Assembly: GCA_038087875.1 (NCBI GenBank)
Contig: CM075993.1
Coordinates: 1,676,001-1,740,000, forward strand
Direction: 5' to 3'
From: Malacoraja senta
Taxonomy: Eukaryota
Length of the DNA: 64,000 nucleotides
Shown: one piece after another, positions 63,125 through 64,000 of the stretch
Layout of the letters: the number at the start of each line of letters is the position of its first letter
Position numbering within the stretch: position 1 is the stretch's first letter
Translations under genes and position numbers: made by a program
Notes under the pieces: model-generated
What the model saw: only the letters and a program-made list of their open reading frames with translations
Told to the model about the DNA's origin: nothing
The model's database searches: none

Positions 63125-63327
63125 AAAAACATTTATCAAGCCAATTAACCTACAAACCTGTACGTCTTTGGAATGTGGGTGGAAACCGAAGATCTCGGAG
63201 AAAACCTACTCAGATCACAGGGAGAACGTACAAACTCCGTACAGACAGCGCCTGTAGTCGGGATTGAACCCGGGTCTCTGGCGCTGCATTTTGCTGTAAG
63301 ACAGCAACTCTACTGCTGCGCCACGGT
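63125..63327 (-). mobile_element. tRNA-derived V-SINE, 3' part missing
   Basis: Reverse-complement head and V domain. Confidence 0.75.
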
Positions 63328-64000
63328 GAACTTATAGTTCAAATAGCTGGAACTAGGGATTTTAAACCCCCCCTAAAATATTAAAACTAAAAGATGCCAT
63401 CAATTTTGGGATGTTTTTTGCTGAGTATAGTCTACACTCTACATGATTGGTTGCTAAACTGAACTTGAACCCGATTATCCAACCCAAATCCAAAGGCTAC
63501 ACACTGGGTTTGGGGTCAGGTACACATCCAGATAAAACACGGGTCTGGGTTTGGGCATGCCAGACCCAGACTGGATCAGTCAGTATTTTATTCAGGATGA
63601 GTTTCTCAGTATTACTACATATGCCCTCTGTTCATCCTCAAATAGATCATTAGTATGTTGCAAAATAACATTGCTAAAGGAACTCAGAAGGTCAGACAGC
63701 ATCTATGGAGGTAGAGGGAAGGTAATTGATGATCCCTCTCCCTCCACAGATGAAGCCTGACCTGCTGTGTTCCTCCAGCAGTTTGTTTTTTGCTCCATGT
63801 TGCCAGTCTCGGACATCTTCAGTCGCATATTTCAGAATGTTACAATCGTATTCCACAATTTATTAAAGGAGTGCTTTCACAGAAAACTTGGTAAATGGTA
63901 CAGGCTCGATAAAATGTATGGTGCTAATTTTTGGTACCGCATAGTCCAAAAGGTATAGAGCAGTACGTTATTCACCAAAGTGAAAAAATAGATTTGGAAA

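Overview
Vertebrate genomic DNA, most likely a cartilaginous fish (skate or ray-like, inferred from the repeat complement of HE1/V-SINE-type tRNA SINEs, CR1, Penelope and Rex1/Babar). It holds two partial, intron-rich genes in tandem on the minus strand. NPTN (neuroplastin) runs from its Ig2 exon at 62050 through six coding exons, including a 25-nt microexon, to a stop at 36111 and a 3'UTR exon ending near 33870; its 5' exons lie beyond the window. PPCDC (phosphopantothenoylcysteine decarboxylase) has a ZNF143+CRE promoter at about 30440-30490 and four coding exons down to 2223; its last exon lies before base 1. All exons were read by hand with GT-AG borders and consistent phases. The introns carry an intact Passport-like Tc1 transposon, a 5'-truncated L1 with an intact 1263-aa ORF2 and a 15-bp TSD, two near-identical CR1 copies in inverted orientation, a three-level nested transposon stack, a Penelope fragment and many Penelope-end foldbacks with hammerhead-ribozyme cores, MITEs and SINEs. 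The most novel candidate is an unannotated 56-nt hairpin-forming cassette exon in NPTN that would shift the frame and place a stop in NMD-triggering position relative to a 3'UTR intron. This is inference and needs RNA data. Comparisons to human proteins and to named repeat families are from memory, not from a search.
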